From an uncultured Chthonomonadaceae bacterium (GTDB lineage: Bacteria > Armatimonadota > Chthonomonadetes > Chthonomonadales > Chthonomonadaceae), in NCBI GenBank assembly GCA_963817895.1, contig CAWFQB010000005.1:288001-352000 (forward strand): a DNA stretch of 64,000 bases, given 5' to 3'. Numbering within the stretch: the stretch's first letter is position 1; each line of letters starts with the position of its first letter. The position numbers and the translations under genes were made by a program. Under the pieces are notes generated by a model that made no database searches, was not told where the DNA came from, and saw nothing but the letters and a program-made list of their open reading frames with translations. Positions 10,004-22,000 of this stretch are shown here, piece after piece.

Positions 10004-12142
10004 CTACTCTTCCCTTTTCCCTTTTCCCTTTTCCCTCACCCCCTGCTCCAACCGGCTTAACTGCGCGTTGAGGCTTGCGAGGGCCGGCACATCGGGAAGG
10101 GGGCCGAAGCGGGAAGCGTTGTAGGCGCGAATGAAAGCGGCCAGGGCTTCCGCATCCAATCCGGCGACCTGCGCGGCGGCCTGCCCGGATGCGCCGGTTA
10201 CATATTCCAGCCAGGTGAATTCAGGCGGGCAGACCAACCCGACATTATGGCACAAACGCTCGAAACGCGCCGCCATTCGCGCCAGTTCCTGAGCGGGGGC
10301 GGCATACGCGAACTCCGTCATGCGAGTGGGACGGACGCGCCGCCGTTGCCGCTGCCATTGCCATGCGAGAACCAGAAACGCGATTACGCCTGCCACAATC
10401 CCGGCGCGTACTGCCTGCGGCCCCTTCAGCCAGTCCAGCAATCGCCCCCACGTATCCGAAAACCATTCCCGCAGCCGCGTCCAGGGCGGAATTGGGTACT
10501 CGTCTTCCAGTTTGTCGGGGCGGCCATTGCCGGGTGTGGCGTCTACGGTCAGCCAGCCCTGTCCGTCAATCCAACACTCGGCCCAGGCATGGGCGTCCCG
10601 CTGCCGAATGATGGTCGCGCCCCTGCCATCGCCCTCGTGCGCGTAGTATCCGATAACGTAGCGCGTGGGAACATTCACGCAACGCAGCAGGATAGTGGCC
10701 GAAGACGCGAAGTATTCGCAGTGCGCCGCGCCCTTATGCAGCAGAAACTCTGAAACAGGGTCCGCCTGTCGGGGCAAATGGTACGTCAGGCTGTATTTAT
10801 GGTTCAGTATCAGATAGCGCTCGACGGCATCGGCGCGGGCGCGCGGGTCGGCGATATTCCCGGCGATTTCACGCGCCAGTTGACGCACGCCCGGCTCGAT
10901 ACTATCCGAAACTGTCAACAGTTTTTGGCGGTACGCGGCATCCGGGGGCGCGGCAAACGGCCCCTGATACAGTTCTTCCGAACCAATGTCCAGACCGTAG
11001 GATGTCAGGCCGCGCTTGTCGGTTTGCAGCGGCCCACCTTCGCCCGGCCTCCATGTCACGCTTTCCGTGTCCAACGGTTCGAAAGAATGGGTCGAAAGCG
11101 GTTCGCACAACAGGCCGAGATTGAAGGCCAGCCGCTCGACAACTACATGCGCGGGCGCGGAAACCCCGCTATTCCTGCCGGACGCGCTCATTTGCGCTGC
11201 CGGCAGAGCCGTAGCGTCTACGGGCGTTCGCGAGGCGAGAGATGGCTCCCACGCGCCAAGTTTGTACTCGGAAAACGCCATCGCGCGCCAGTGCGTGGGA
11301 GCATCCCCGCCTGTAATGCGCAATACCCGTTCGGGCGTCCCCTTCAGATCATCGGTGTTGCCCAAACGCGGCGTCGTGGATAATCCAACCCGCGGTGACG
11401 ACATGCGCTCGTTCAGAAAACGTATTCCCCATGCGGTCAAACCTACCCGGTAGTAGCGAAACGTATAATGCAGCCCCGTGCCGAGGGCCAGCGCGGTTCC
11501 CATCGCCACGCCGAACACGATTTGCCGCGTCAGAGAAACATCTGTTTTTCCGGCGCGAACAGGGGGCGCTTCCACAATGCCGATGCCGAACAGCGTGGTT
11601 TCGGGAGGGACGGGCAGGCGATACTGGCGGATGGACAGCACAATCAGCAGCATGTACAGGGGCGCGCAAAACGCGATATAGGGCAGATGCGCCGCGTCTT
11701 CCGTAATGTCGCAGGCGATAAGAAACACCAGCCCGGACAGCAGAATCACCACCACGCCGCTGCCGCCCCCCTCCGGTCGCTGCTTCCACAATTGCAATAC
11801 GAGTTCCGCCGCCAGCAGTTCCCCCGCCCAGTTGAACCGGAAATCGAAAAAGGTGTTTGCCAGATTGTCAGGGCGCATCGCGTCCAGAGTGAGAATCACG
11901 CCAAAGATGACAAGGCGCAGCATCCACAACGCGCTGTTGTTTGTCAGGCGGGCGGAAGAACGCTGCGAGGCCAGCAGTCCGACAAGCAGAAGCGGCACCA
12001 CAAAAGACTGCCCCTCGCTGATCCACAGCGTAACAAACGCAAGCAGTGTCGCCGCCAGCGCCGTCCAGTGCAGGCGGAGAAGAGGTTGGTGGTTGGTGGC
12101 TGGTAGTTGGTGACGGGTGGTTGGTGATTGGTGGCTGGTCAC
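10004..12142 (-). CDS. Membrane transglutaminase-like protein (DUF3488/TgpA-type)
   Basis: Multiple N-terminal TM helices, GAAHCEYFAS (Cys), DAHAWAECW (His) and VDATP (Asp). The GTG 12142 start after GAGGAG is inferred. Confidence 0.9.
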   Translation of the reverse strand: MTSHQSPTTRHQLPATNHQPLLRLHWTALAATLLAFVTLWISEGQSFVVPLLLVGLLASQRSSARLTNNSALWMLRLVIFGVILTLDAMRPDNLANTFFDFRFNWAGELLAAELVLQLWKQRPEGGGSGVVVILLSGLVFLIACDITEDAAHLPYIAFCAPLYMLLIVLSIRQYRLPVPPETTLFGIGIVEAPPVRAGKTDVSLTRQIVFGVAMGTALALGTGLHYTFRYYRVGLTAWGIRFLNERMSSPRVGLSTTPRLGNTDDLKGTPERVLRITGGDAPTHWRAMAFSEYKLGAWEPSLASRTPVDATALPAAQMSASGRNSGVSAPAHVVVERLAFNLGLLCEPLSTHSFEPLDTESVTWRPGEGGPLQTDKRGLTSYGLDIGSEELYQGPFAAPPDAAYRQKLLTVSDSIEPGVRQLAREIAGNIADPRARADAVERYLILNHKYSLTYHLPRQADPVSEFLLHKGAAHCEYFASSATILLRCVNVPTRYVIGYYAHEGDGRGATIIRQRDAHAWAECWIDGQGWLTVDATPGNGRPDKLEDEYPIPPWTRLREWFSDTWGRLLDWLKGPQAVRAGIVAGVIAFLVLAWQWQRQRRRVRPTRMTEFAYAAPAQELARMAARFERLCHNVGLVCPPEFTWLEYVTGASGQAAAQVAGLDAEALAAFIRAYNASRFGPLPDVPALASLNAQLSRLEQGVREKGKGKREE

Positions 12143-12177
12143 TGTCTCCTCTTCTCCTCTTCTCCTTTTCTCCTTGT

Positions 12178-13629
12178 CTAAATTTCTTCCACGCCGGACA
12201 GAAAATCGCTTTTGGACAGGACCCGGATGCCGCCGGGAAGGGCGTCGGCGTCCGGGGCGAGCGTACAGGCCGTGTCGCGGACAACCAGAACGCGAACCGC
12301 AGTTCCCTCGCGCCTTAAACGGTCTACGAACGCGCGGCGGGTTTCGTCCCAATCCAGAAACAGGCAGACAATCGTGGTGATTTGCGCGAGATTGGCGGCG
12401 ATTTCTGGTTCCAGCGTGGCGAACGGCTCGTCGGGGCTGCCCTCCACGCAGGCGAGAATATCCAGAATCTGATCCAGATACGCGAGACTGCGTCCGGCTG
12501 TGAGATGGTACAGGTTCGGTCCGGCGGCGAACAGGTCTACGATGTAATCGGAACGCGCCATGAAATCGCTGACCGCTGCGGCCAGGCTGACGGCTCGCTC
12601 GAAGTTCTCCTCCTGCGCCAGCAACGCCTTCACGCTCAACAGTTTGCCATTGATGCGGTCGGGCGTATACGTGTCCATGACCACGCCCACGCGCAGGAAA
12701 TACTCTTCGCGGTATTCGCGCACAATGGGCAGGTTCAGCCGCGCGGTCGCCCGCCAGTCAATGTCGCGCACGTTGTCGCCCTCACGGTATTCGCGGTTGC
12801 CCAGATACTCGAACGACTTGCCCAGACTGGACGCGAGCGCGACGCCGCCGGGCTGATAGCGCAGGCTGGTGGGGATTTGCAGGCGCGTCAGGGGCGTAAA
12901 GGCGGGATACACAAGCGCGTCATGGCGCTGCGCATACGTTCGGAAGGCGCGTATCAGGCCGAACGGAAAGTCGCACTCCACCCGAAAGCCGCGCCACGTA
13001 TACAGGCCGCGCCGGTCACAGCGGATGCCGATACGAACCCGCGTTTTCTGGCCCCGCGCAAGAGGCGGCAGGCGCAGTCCGTCTTCGGGAACCGAATCAA
13101 GGGCGCGGGGCAGGCAGTGCGGAATCAGGGTCATAGTCGCGCCAAGCAGGTTGCGATGCTGGCGGATTTCCACGTCAACGGGCAGCGTTTCGCCCGCCCG
13201 GATGCGCTCGGCATGGTGGGCAACAAGAGCCACGCGGGGCTTGAACAGCAGGGCGCAAACCAGAGCCGCGAACCACACGCCGAAAGCATAGGTGAACGGC
13301 ACGTAGATTTGCAGGTCGAGGGAGTTGGAGCCAATGGTCATGCACACGAGGGAAAGCGTGAGGAACCAGCGACTGGCCTGCGTGAAGCGATACGTGAAGA
13401 AGCGCCACGCCCACCGCGAGATAGCGCCGCGAAACAGGGGATGCGTGGAAATGTCTTTGGCGCGCGAAGCGGACGGCCACCCCGCCGCCAGTATCTGCTG
13501 GTTGGTGAGCGGGCGGCGGCGAACGGGCCGGGGAATGGCGGTTGTGACGGGCGGCAGGGACATGGATAAGTTGGAAAGCGCGCGCCGCGAATCGGGCGCG
13601 GCGTTCCTCACAGGCAGAACGGCAGCCAA
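12178..13629 (-). CDS. DUF58 domain protein (MoxR-associated, vWA-like)
   Basis: EYLGNREYREGDNVRDIDWRATAR and FERAVSLAAAV motifs. Typical MoxR/TGase context. Alternative start ATG 13563. Confidence 0.9.
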   Translation of the reverse strand: MAAVLPVRNAAPDSRRALSNLSMSLPPVTTAIPRPVRRRPLTNQQILAAGWPSASRAKDISTHPLFRGAISRWAWRFFTYRFTQASRWFLTLSLVCMTIGSNSLDLQIYVPFTYAFGVWFAALVCALLFKPRVALVAHHAERIRAGETLPVDVEIRQHRNLLGATMTLIPHCLPRALDSVPEDGLRLPPLARGQKTRVRIGIRCDRRGLYTWRGFRVECDFPFGLIRAFRTYAQRHDALVYPAFTPLTRLQIPTSLRYQPGGVALASSLGKSFEYLGNREYREGDNVRDIDWRATARLNLPIVREYREEYFLRVGVVMDTYTPDRINGKLLSVKALLAQEENFERAVSLAAAVSDFMARSDYIVDLFAAGPNLYHLTAGRSLAYLDQILDILACVEGSPDEPFATLEPEIAANLAQITTIVCLFLDWDETRRAFVDRLRREGTAVRVLVVRDTACTLAPDADALPGGIRVLSKSDFLSGVEEI

Positions 13630-13921
13630 TTCGGTTGCGGTGCAGATGTCGCGAACAGCGCGTCCTTTGCCTCCCCAGTTCAGGCAAATGTAACACCTGT
13701 GTTGACGGAAAAGGTTCTAACACCACATACGCGCTGCACCGCGAAAACGTTGCTTGCTACGCCGAGAGTTCCTATCTGGTGGTTATTGACGTTGCCTGAA
13801 CAGTGTTCAAAGGAGGAATTCCGGTTTCTGCGGTGAATTGATAGTGCGAAACTGTGCGCAGTTTCGCTGGTCGCATTCTGCTGTGGCCTCGGCGACACCA
13901 AGCAAAGGAATGAACCTGACC

Positions 13922-16900
13922 ATGCCCAAAATTTTCGATAACATTGACCTTCCCCTGCTGCCTGCCCTGCAAGACACCCTCGCCGTTTCTGAGCGCGCCG
14001 ATTTTTGCGTGGGCTATTTTAACCTGCGCGGCTGGAAGCGGCTGGACGGCTATCGTGGAAGAGTGGGCGGGTGGGGAGGGGCATTGCTGCCGCCTGCTGG
14101 TGGGGATGCAGCGCGCTCCCGACGACGAATTGAAAGCGGCTGATGTCCATCGATGGAAGCCGATGGCGACATGGACAACCAGACCGCCATTCGGATGAAA
14201 CGGAAGCTGGCCGAAGATTTCAGAACGCAGTTGACGGTCGGCGTTCCTACCAATGAAGATGAAGCGGGGCTAAGGCGGCTGGCGGCGCAGATCAAGGCGA
14301 AAAAGGTCGTGGTCAAGCTGTATCTGCGCCATACGCTTCATGCCAAACTCTACCTGATGCACCGCCCTGCGGATCCCGTCAACCCTATCATTGGCTACCT
14401 GGGCAGCAGCAACCTGACGCTTTCCGGCTTGCAGCATCAGGGCGAATTGAATGTGGACGTGCTGGACCACGACGCCGCGCACAAAACTGGCGAAATGGTT
14501 TGGGGAGCGTTGGGAAGACCGCTGGTGTCTGGACATTTCCAATGAACTGGTGCAGGTGATTGAGGAATCGTGGGCGCGGGAAATTCCCATTCCCCCTACC
14601 ATATCTACGTGAAAATGGCTTACCATCTGTCGCAGGAGGCGCGGGCGGGGCTGGCGGAGTTTTCCATTCCCAAAATCTTCGGCAACAAACTTTTCGATTA
14701 CCAGGCGGCGGCGGTGAAGATCGCCGCCCGGCATTTGAACAAGCGGGGCGGCGTCCTGATCGGCGATGTGGTGGGATTGGGCAAAACGCTGATGGCGACC
14801 GCGCTCGCCCGGATGATGGAAGAGCAGGGCATGGAAACGCTGATCCTCTGCCCCAAAAACCTGGTGGCGATGTGGGAGGACTACCGCACGAAGTATCGAC
14901 TGCGGCGCTCAAAGTGCTGTCGGTAACGCAGGCGGTCAAAGCGGCTGCCCGCCGACTGCGCCAAGCCCCTGCCGTCGTTATCGCCTTGTCTTGATTGACG
15001 AAAGCCATAACCTGCGCAACCGGGAAGGCAAGACGTACCGGGCGATTCGGGAGTACATCGAGCGCAACGAAAGCAAAGTGATTCTGCTGACGGCCACGCC
15101 GTACAATAAAACCTATCTCGATCTGTCCAACCAACTGCGCCTGTTCGTGCCGGAAGAGCGCGACCTGGGCATCCGCCCGGAAGCCCTGCTGCGGCAAATG
15201 GGCGAAGTGGAGTTCGTCACGGCGGCATCAGGCGGGCATCCGGACACTGGCCGCCTTCGAGAAGAGCGACTATCCCGACGATTGGCGCGAGCTGATGCGG
15301 CTGTACATGGTGCGCCGAACCCGCTCGTTTATCATGGACAATTACGCCCGAACGGATCTGGCGACACAGCGCAAGTACCTGCTGTTCGACAATGGCGAAC
15401 GCTCTTATTTCCCCGACCGCGCGCCCCGAACCGTGCAAGTTCGCCCTGGACGCGCAATACGAGGCGTTGTACGCGCAGGAGGTTGTGGATACCATCAACG
15501 GCCTGTGCCTGCCCCGCTATGGATTGGGCAATTACGACAACATTCCAAGCCGGACAAGCCGCCCACAGCCGGCGGAGACGGCCGCGCTGAAAGATCTGTC
15601 GCGGGCGGGCAAGCGGTTGATGGGGTTTTGCCGCACCAACCTGTTCAAGCGGCTGGAATCGAGCGGGTACGCCTTTCTGCTGTCCGTCGAGCGGCATATT
15701 CTGCGCAACTATATTTTCCTGCATGCCATCGAGAACAACCTGCCGCTGCCCATCGGGACGCAGGGGGCCGACCTGCTGGATACGGACATGAGCGACGACG
15801 ACGCGGAGGACACGGCGACGGGCGAAGGGATGTTTGCCTCAGAAGAGGACGACGAGGCGGCGGAGACAGGCGACGGAAATTAAAACGCAGGCATTGCGGA
15901 CCGAATGAGGATTTCCGCAAGCGAGCGGCGCAGGTGTATGCGCTGTATGCGGGGGCCGTACAAAAAACGGTTCAAGTGGCTGTCCTCGCGCCTGTTCCAA
16001 AAACAACTGGCGGACGATCTGCAAGTCGGACGGCGCCGCGCTGATACAGATTTTGGGCAAATGCGCGCAGTGGGACGCCAACCAGGACGCTAAAATGCTG
16101 GCGCTGCGGCAACTGCTCGCCAAAGATCGGCCCAACGACAAAGTGCTGGTGTTCACGCAGTTTGCGGACACGGCGCAGTATCTGTACAAAGAGATGGCAA
16201 GCGCGGGGAATTCGAGCATGTTGCCGTGGCAACGGGCGGAAGCGCGGACCCCACGGAACTGGCGTGGCGGTTCAGCCCGCGCAGCAACGGCAAAATGGCG
16301 GGAAGCGAAGGCGGCGGGGGAACTGCGCGTCTTGATCGCCACCGATGTTCTGTCGGAAGGCCAGAACTTGCAGGATGCGTTTGTGGTCGTCAATTACGAT
16401 CTGCCCTGGGCGATCATCCGCCTGATACAGCGCGCGGGCCGCGTGGATCGTATCGGGCAGAAGGCGGAAGAGATTTTGTGCTACTCGTTCCTGCCGGCAA
16501 AGGGCGTGGAAAAGATCATCAAACTGCGCAGCCGCGTTCGGCAGCGGCTGGCCGAAAACGCCGAAGTGGTCGGCACGGACGAGGCGTTTTTTGAGGACGA
16601 CAAAAGGGGGCGCAAAATCCTCGATCTGTACCATGAAAAGGCGGGCGTTCTGGACGGGGATGAGGACGGCGAAGTGGATCTGGCGTCGAAAGCGTTCCAG
16701 ATCTGGAAGAACGCGATCGAAGCCGATCCCGGCCTGCAAAAGACGATCACGGGGATGCCGCGATGTGGTGTATTCCGCCAAAGCGCACACGCCAACACTG
16801 CGGACAGCCGGAAGGCGCGCTGGTGTTTCTGCGGACGGGCGAAGGGAACGACGCGCTGGCGTGGATTGACAAGGAACGGCGAGAGCGTCACCGAGTCGCA

Positions 16901-17340
16901 GTACGCGATTTTGCGGGCCGCCGAGTGCGTCGCCCGATACGCCTGCCGTGCCGCGCCTGAAAACGCACCATGAACTGGTGGCGAAGGGCGTGGAGCATAT
17001 CGTGCGCGAGGAGCGTAATGTGGGCGGGCAGCTGGGCCGTCCGTCCGGGGCGCGTTTCAAGACCTATGAGCGCCTGAAACGTTATGCGTACGCAGGTACG
17101 CGGACGGCCTGTTCGACTACGCCGGAACTGCACCGGGCCATCGAGGAGATTTACAAGTACCCCCTGACCCAAACGGCCACGGACCGCATCAACAGCCATC
17201 TGCGCACCGATGTGACCGACGACATGCTGGCGCAACTGGTCATTCTGCTGCGGGACGAAAACCGGCTGTGCGTGATCACGGAAGAGCAAAGAGCGGAAGA
17301 GCCGCGCATCATCTGTTCCCTCGGATTGGTAAATCAATAG
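13922..17340 (+). pseudogene. PLD-nuclease + SNF2-type helicase fusion (restriction-like), split by about 10 frameshifts (real decay or sequencing error)
   Basis: Successive frames give MPKIFDNID...[15 protein letters not shown] and GSSNLT (PLD HxK), DVVGLGKT, IDESHN, LLTATP, DVLSEGQNL and QRAGRVDRIGQ. Confidence 0.85.
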
Positions 17341-17356
17341 ATGGGATTTCGCGTAC

Positions 17357-17854
17357 ATGGATTTAGCGCAACAAAAAGAAAAGTTCAGTGATGCCTATCT
17401 ACAGGCTGTTGCCGCCGTTGCAGGCTACGGCCTTGCCAAGCCTAATCCCGATACAGACAGCGTGGATTGGGTTATTTCGGCGAGGGGAGTGGGTGACACG
17501 CTTCGCCGTCCGCGTTTGGAAGTGCAGTTAAAATGCACCGCTCAGAATATTGTTCGGGAAACTCATCTTCATTTTCCACTGGAAATCAAGAACTACAACG
17601 ATCTGCGACATCCGAACCCGCTCACGCCCTGTATTTTGATTGTAGTGACAGTTCCCGACAACATTGAAGAATGGATTGCTCACTCCGAGGCGGAACTTTC
17701 TCTACGGCGTTGCGGCTATTGGGTATCCTTATGCGGCGAAGCGGAAGTTTCCAACAACTCGAAAGTGACTGTTCGCGTGCCGCGTATCCAGATGTTCACG
17801 CCGCAGGCATTGCAAGCCATGATGCGGCGTATCAACAGCGAGGGAAGATTATGA
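17357..17854 (+). CDS. DUF4365 domain protein (PD-(D/E)xK-like fold)
   Basis: KEKFS.AYL.AVAA.AGY, DTDSVD, LEVQLKCT and LRRCGYWVSL pattern. Confidence 0.8.
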   Translation: MDLAQQKEKFSDAYLQAVAAVAGYGLAKPNPDTDSVDWVISARGVGDTLRRPRLEVQLKCTAQNIVRETHLHFPLEIKNYNDLRHPNPLTPCILIVVTVPDNIEEWIAHSEAELSLRRCGYWVSLCGEAEVSNNSKVTVRVPRIQMFTPQALQAMMRRINSEGRL

Positions 17855-19041
17855 TCGCTTCCATAAATGACGCAGCAACCCTGCGTGAAATCAGACCGAA
17901 CGAAATGGCTGCTTACCTACACAGTCATGCCTGGAAACAGGTGGAACAGATTGGCGACCGCGCTACTGTCTGGACGGCAAGCGCGAATGGGAGCGGCGAT
18001 TATGAAATTTTGCTTCCCTCGGATGTCACGTTGAACGAGTACGCCCGCCGCATGTCCGAAGCCCTGCATACGCTGGAAGTCGCCGAACACCGTTCCCAAC
18101 TTAACATTGCGCGCGATATTGCGGCAATCACATCGGACGTGCTGCGCGTTCGGCTGGCACATGGGCTGATAGAAAATGGCACATTGCCTCTGGAACTTGG
18201 CGTTGCGATGGTGGAAGGGGCGCGCGATCTGGCGCTGGCTGCGGCCTGCGCTGCGGCGCGTCCACGCGCTTTGTACACGGCGCGCAAACCTCAGGAAGCA
18301 ATCAACTATATGGACGGCCTGCGCATGGCGCAAACGGAGGAGGGCAGCTTCGTTCTTAACATCCAATCGCGCGTTCCCCCGCGCTTGCAGACCCATTTGT
18401 TCGAGGACGCGCCCGCGCTGTGGGAAGAACCTTTTGAGCGGCGCGCGTTGTTGACGCTGACCGGCGCGCTCACGGCAGTACGTCGGGCTGTCACTGCTGC
18501 CGCGTCGTCAGGGGATTTTCAGCCGTTTCAGGATGCCGTTCGTTCCGGCGTGAGCGCCAATTTATGTGACGCGCTGGTAGGGTTGAGCATGGACAATACG
18601 GCAGAAGAGGTGTCCCTGAAAATCAGTTGGTCGCCGACGCGAACGGTGGCGGACAAGACGCCGACGGAGTTTCAGTTCCGGCGCGATACATTCCCCCTGT
18701 TGCGCGAAGCATCGCGTATGCTTCGCGAGTCGGCTCCCATGGAAGATATGTCCATTCTCGGCACTGTAACTGCCCTGCGTCGCGAAGACAATGCAGACAC
18801 GGGAAAGATCACGCTTTCGGCATGGGTAGAGAATTCATGGCGGCAAGTTCGCATGGATTTATCTGATGACGATTATCGCAAGGCCCTGCAAGCGCATGAT
18901 GAACGCGATTTTGTGCAGTGCGTAGGTGAGCTGACAAAGGAGAACCGCAGGTACTTTTTGCGCAATGTGCGTGATTTTACCCTGATGAAATACTTTGCGG
19001 GCGAGGATATAGACGAAGCTGATCCGTTTGCCGATGAATAA
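17851..19041 (+). CDS. Conserved hypothetical protein, DUF4365 partner, with possible C-terminal OB-like domain
   Basis: Intact 396-aa ORF with ATGA overlap to the DUF4365 gene. Motifs QTEEGSFV and GVSANLCDAL. Confidence 0.75.
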   Translation: MIASINDAATLREIRPNEMAAYLHSHAWKQVEQIGDRATVWTASANGSGDYEILLPSDVTLNEYARRMSEALHTLEVAEHRSQLNIARDIAAITSDVLRVRLAHGLIENGTLPLELGVAMVEGARDLALAAACAAARPRALYTARKPQEAINYMDGLRMAQTEEGSFVLNIQSRVPPRLQTHLFEDAPALWEEPFERRALLTLTGALTAVRRAVTAAASSGDFQPFQDAVRSGVSANLCDALVGLSMDNTAEEVSLKISWSPTRTVADKTPTEFQFRRDTFPLLREASRMLRESAPMEDMSILGTVTALRREDNADTGKITLSAWVENSWRQVRMDLSDDDYRKALQAHDERDFVQCVGELTKENRRYFLRNVRDFTLMKYFAGEDIDEADPFADE

Positions 19042-19070
19042 ATTTTATCCGAGTTGAGGGCTAATTGAGC

Positions 19071-22000
19071 ATGAACATTACCAAAGTACGCGATTATTTG
19101 CAGGCGTTTGATTTCAAGCTGCTGTTTTTAAATGAAATCGGTTGGGATCAACGCAAACAGAGTCTTTCCGTTGAAGCGGGCAAGCAAACGTTTATGCTCG
19201 AAGCCGTTGCCGAAAAGAAGGGCATGGTGGCCTTTGTCTGCGCGCCCGGATAAGGACGGCTTTATTCCGCTTCAGGCCACGCGGCGCAAAATCGAGCATC
19301 TGGTCGCGCAAAGCGTCCGCGAGCATATCATCATCTACACGGACGCGAAACAGTCGGCGCAGGTGTGGCAGTGGGTGCGCCGTGAAAAGGGCAAGCCCGT
19401 CGTGGCGCGGGAAATGCCGTTTTACGCCGGGACAGTTCGGGCGATCTGCTGATCCAGAAATTGCGGGCATCACAGTGGAGATGGAGGACGAGGACGAGCT
19501 GACGCTGGTCGTTCAGACCGGGCGCGTGCGGCAGGCGTTCGATGTCGAGGGCGTAACGCAAACGGTTTTATGACCGCTTCAAGACGGAACACGCCCGCTT
19601 CCTGACGGCCATTGCAGCCCGACCTCCCTGCCGGATGCCGACCGGACATGGTACACGTCGGTGATGCTGAACCGCCTGATGTTCCTGTACTTCATTCAGA
19701 AAAAGGGCTTTCTGGCGGGCGATGACAAACTATCTGCGGAACCGCCTCAAAACGGTACAGGCGCAGCACGGCAGCGACAAGTTCTTCACCTTTTATCGCC
19801 ATTTCCTGATGCGCCTGTTTCATGAGGGATTGGGCCAGCCGACGCACAGCCCGGAACTGAGTGCGCTGATCGGCAAGGTTCCCTACCTGAACGGCGGCCT
19901 GTTCGCCGAACACGCTATCGAGCGCAAATGCCGCGAGCAGAACATCGAAATTCAGATTGAGGATGCCGCCTTCGAGCGCGTGTTCGACGTTCTTCGATGA
20001 CTTCGACTGGCATCTGGACAATCGCCCCAACAAGGCGGGCAACGAGATCAACCCGGACGTGCTGGGCTATATCTTTGAGAAGTACATCAACTACAACGAG
20101 GCGGGGCAGAAAGAGAACGGCGCGTACTACACCAAAGAGGACATCACCGAGTACATTTCGCGCAGCACGATTCTGCCATATCTGCTGGACACGGCGCGGG
20201 ACAAGTGCCGTGTCGCATTTGAGGACGAGGGTTCGGTCTGGCGGTTGCTGCGCGACAACCCGGACAAATATATTTTCGCGGCTGTCAAGCACGGCATGGA
20301 CAACTGCCGCTTCCGCCCGAAATCGAGGCCGGAATCGCGGACGTGAGCAAGCGCGACGGCTGGAACAAACCCGCGCCGAGCGGCGAAGACGCCATCGCCC
20401 TGCCGACGGAAATCTGGCGCGAAGTCGTGGCGCGGCGGCAGCGGTGTGAGGAACTGCGAAAGAAACTGGCGGCCGGGGGAGATGGAATCGGTCAACGACC
20501 TGATTACCTACAATCTCGACATACGGCAGTTCGTGGCGGATATCATCGCCGGAGTACGAGGGCGCAGATTTGATACAGGCGCTGTGGCGGGCCATCAAAA
20601 ACGTCCGCGTTCTCGATCCGACGGTGGGCAGCGGCGCGTTTTTGTTCGCCGCGCTCAACATTCTGGAACCCCTGTACGAGCAGTGCCTGGAACGCATGGA
20701 AACGTTTGTAGGGGATGTAGATCGCGCCGGGGGCGCGCAACATGGACACCGAAACACCGGGCGTTTCGGGAGGAACTGGCGCACGTCAACGCGCCCGAAC
20801 ATCCGAACCGCGCCTATTTCATCTTCAAATCCATCATCGTCAACAACCTTTTCGGCGTGGACATCATGGAGGAGGCGACGGAAATCTGCAAGCTGCGCCT
20901 GTTCCTGAAACTGGTCGCGCAGGTGGAACCGGATATGTCGAAAGCCAACATGGGCGTGGAACCCCTGCCCGATGTAGATTTCAACGTTCGGGCTGGTAAT
21001 ACTCTCGTTGGCTATGTCAACAAGGAGGATATGGATCGCCTGTGGGCTGCGACAGGCCAACTACCCTACGACCGCGACCCCGAACTCAAGCAAAAGGTAC
21101 GCGAGTACAGCCTGCTGCTGGCCGATTTTCGTAAACAGCAATTGGGCCTGCCAACCCCCAAATCGGTTACGAAAGAGCAGGTAGAACGCGCCGCCCGCAT
21201 TATCCGCGAGGGTGAATACTCGAACCGACCGGGCAACGCGAAGACCAATCCGAGCCTGAACAACGACCTGTGGAACCTGTACAAGACATCAGGCAAACTC
21301 GCAATGAACGTGCCGCAGGACAAATTCAACGACACGCATACGCCCCTGCACTGGTTCGTAGAATTTCCCGAAGTCATGGCCGCAGGCGGCTTCGACGTAA
21401 TCATCGGCAACCCGCCCTACGTCGAGTACAGCAAAGTACGGAACGACTATACCATTTTAGGCTTTCAGTCTCTTGATTCCGGCAATTTGTATGCGTATGT
21501 TATCGAAAAATGCTTAAAGGTACAAAAAATCGGAGGGCGAATTGGAATGATTATCCAACTATCCGCATTTTGCACCCCTCGCATGATCTCATTTCAAGAT
21601 GTTTGGTTTGCTCAGGTTCAAACCTCACACTTGTCATTTTTTGATGATCGTCCCGGTAAACTCTTCGATGGGCTTGAACATATTCGCGTTGCCATCACAA
21701 TTGGACAACGGGGAAGCAAAAGCGATTTTGTCGCAACTACACAGTACACCAAGTTTGCGACAGAGGCTCGTCCAACATTATTCGACTCCTTGCACCTGCA
21801 ACATAATCTCTATCCCCGGCATGGAAGCAGCGTTCTGAAAGTGTCCGCAAAAGAAGAAAATAGCATAATCCGCAAGATGTGGGGAGTTGGGGCAACGTTG
21901 TCAAATTACCTTCAAGAAGGCGAGAACGACAATTTTGTATACTATGGATACGGCTATGGCTACTGGGGCAAAATTCTCAACTACAAGTCGTATTTCAAGG

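Noticed and set aside
12382..13569. 395-aa + strand ORF
   Set aside because: Antisense shadow of the DUF58 gene.
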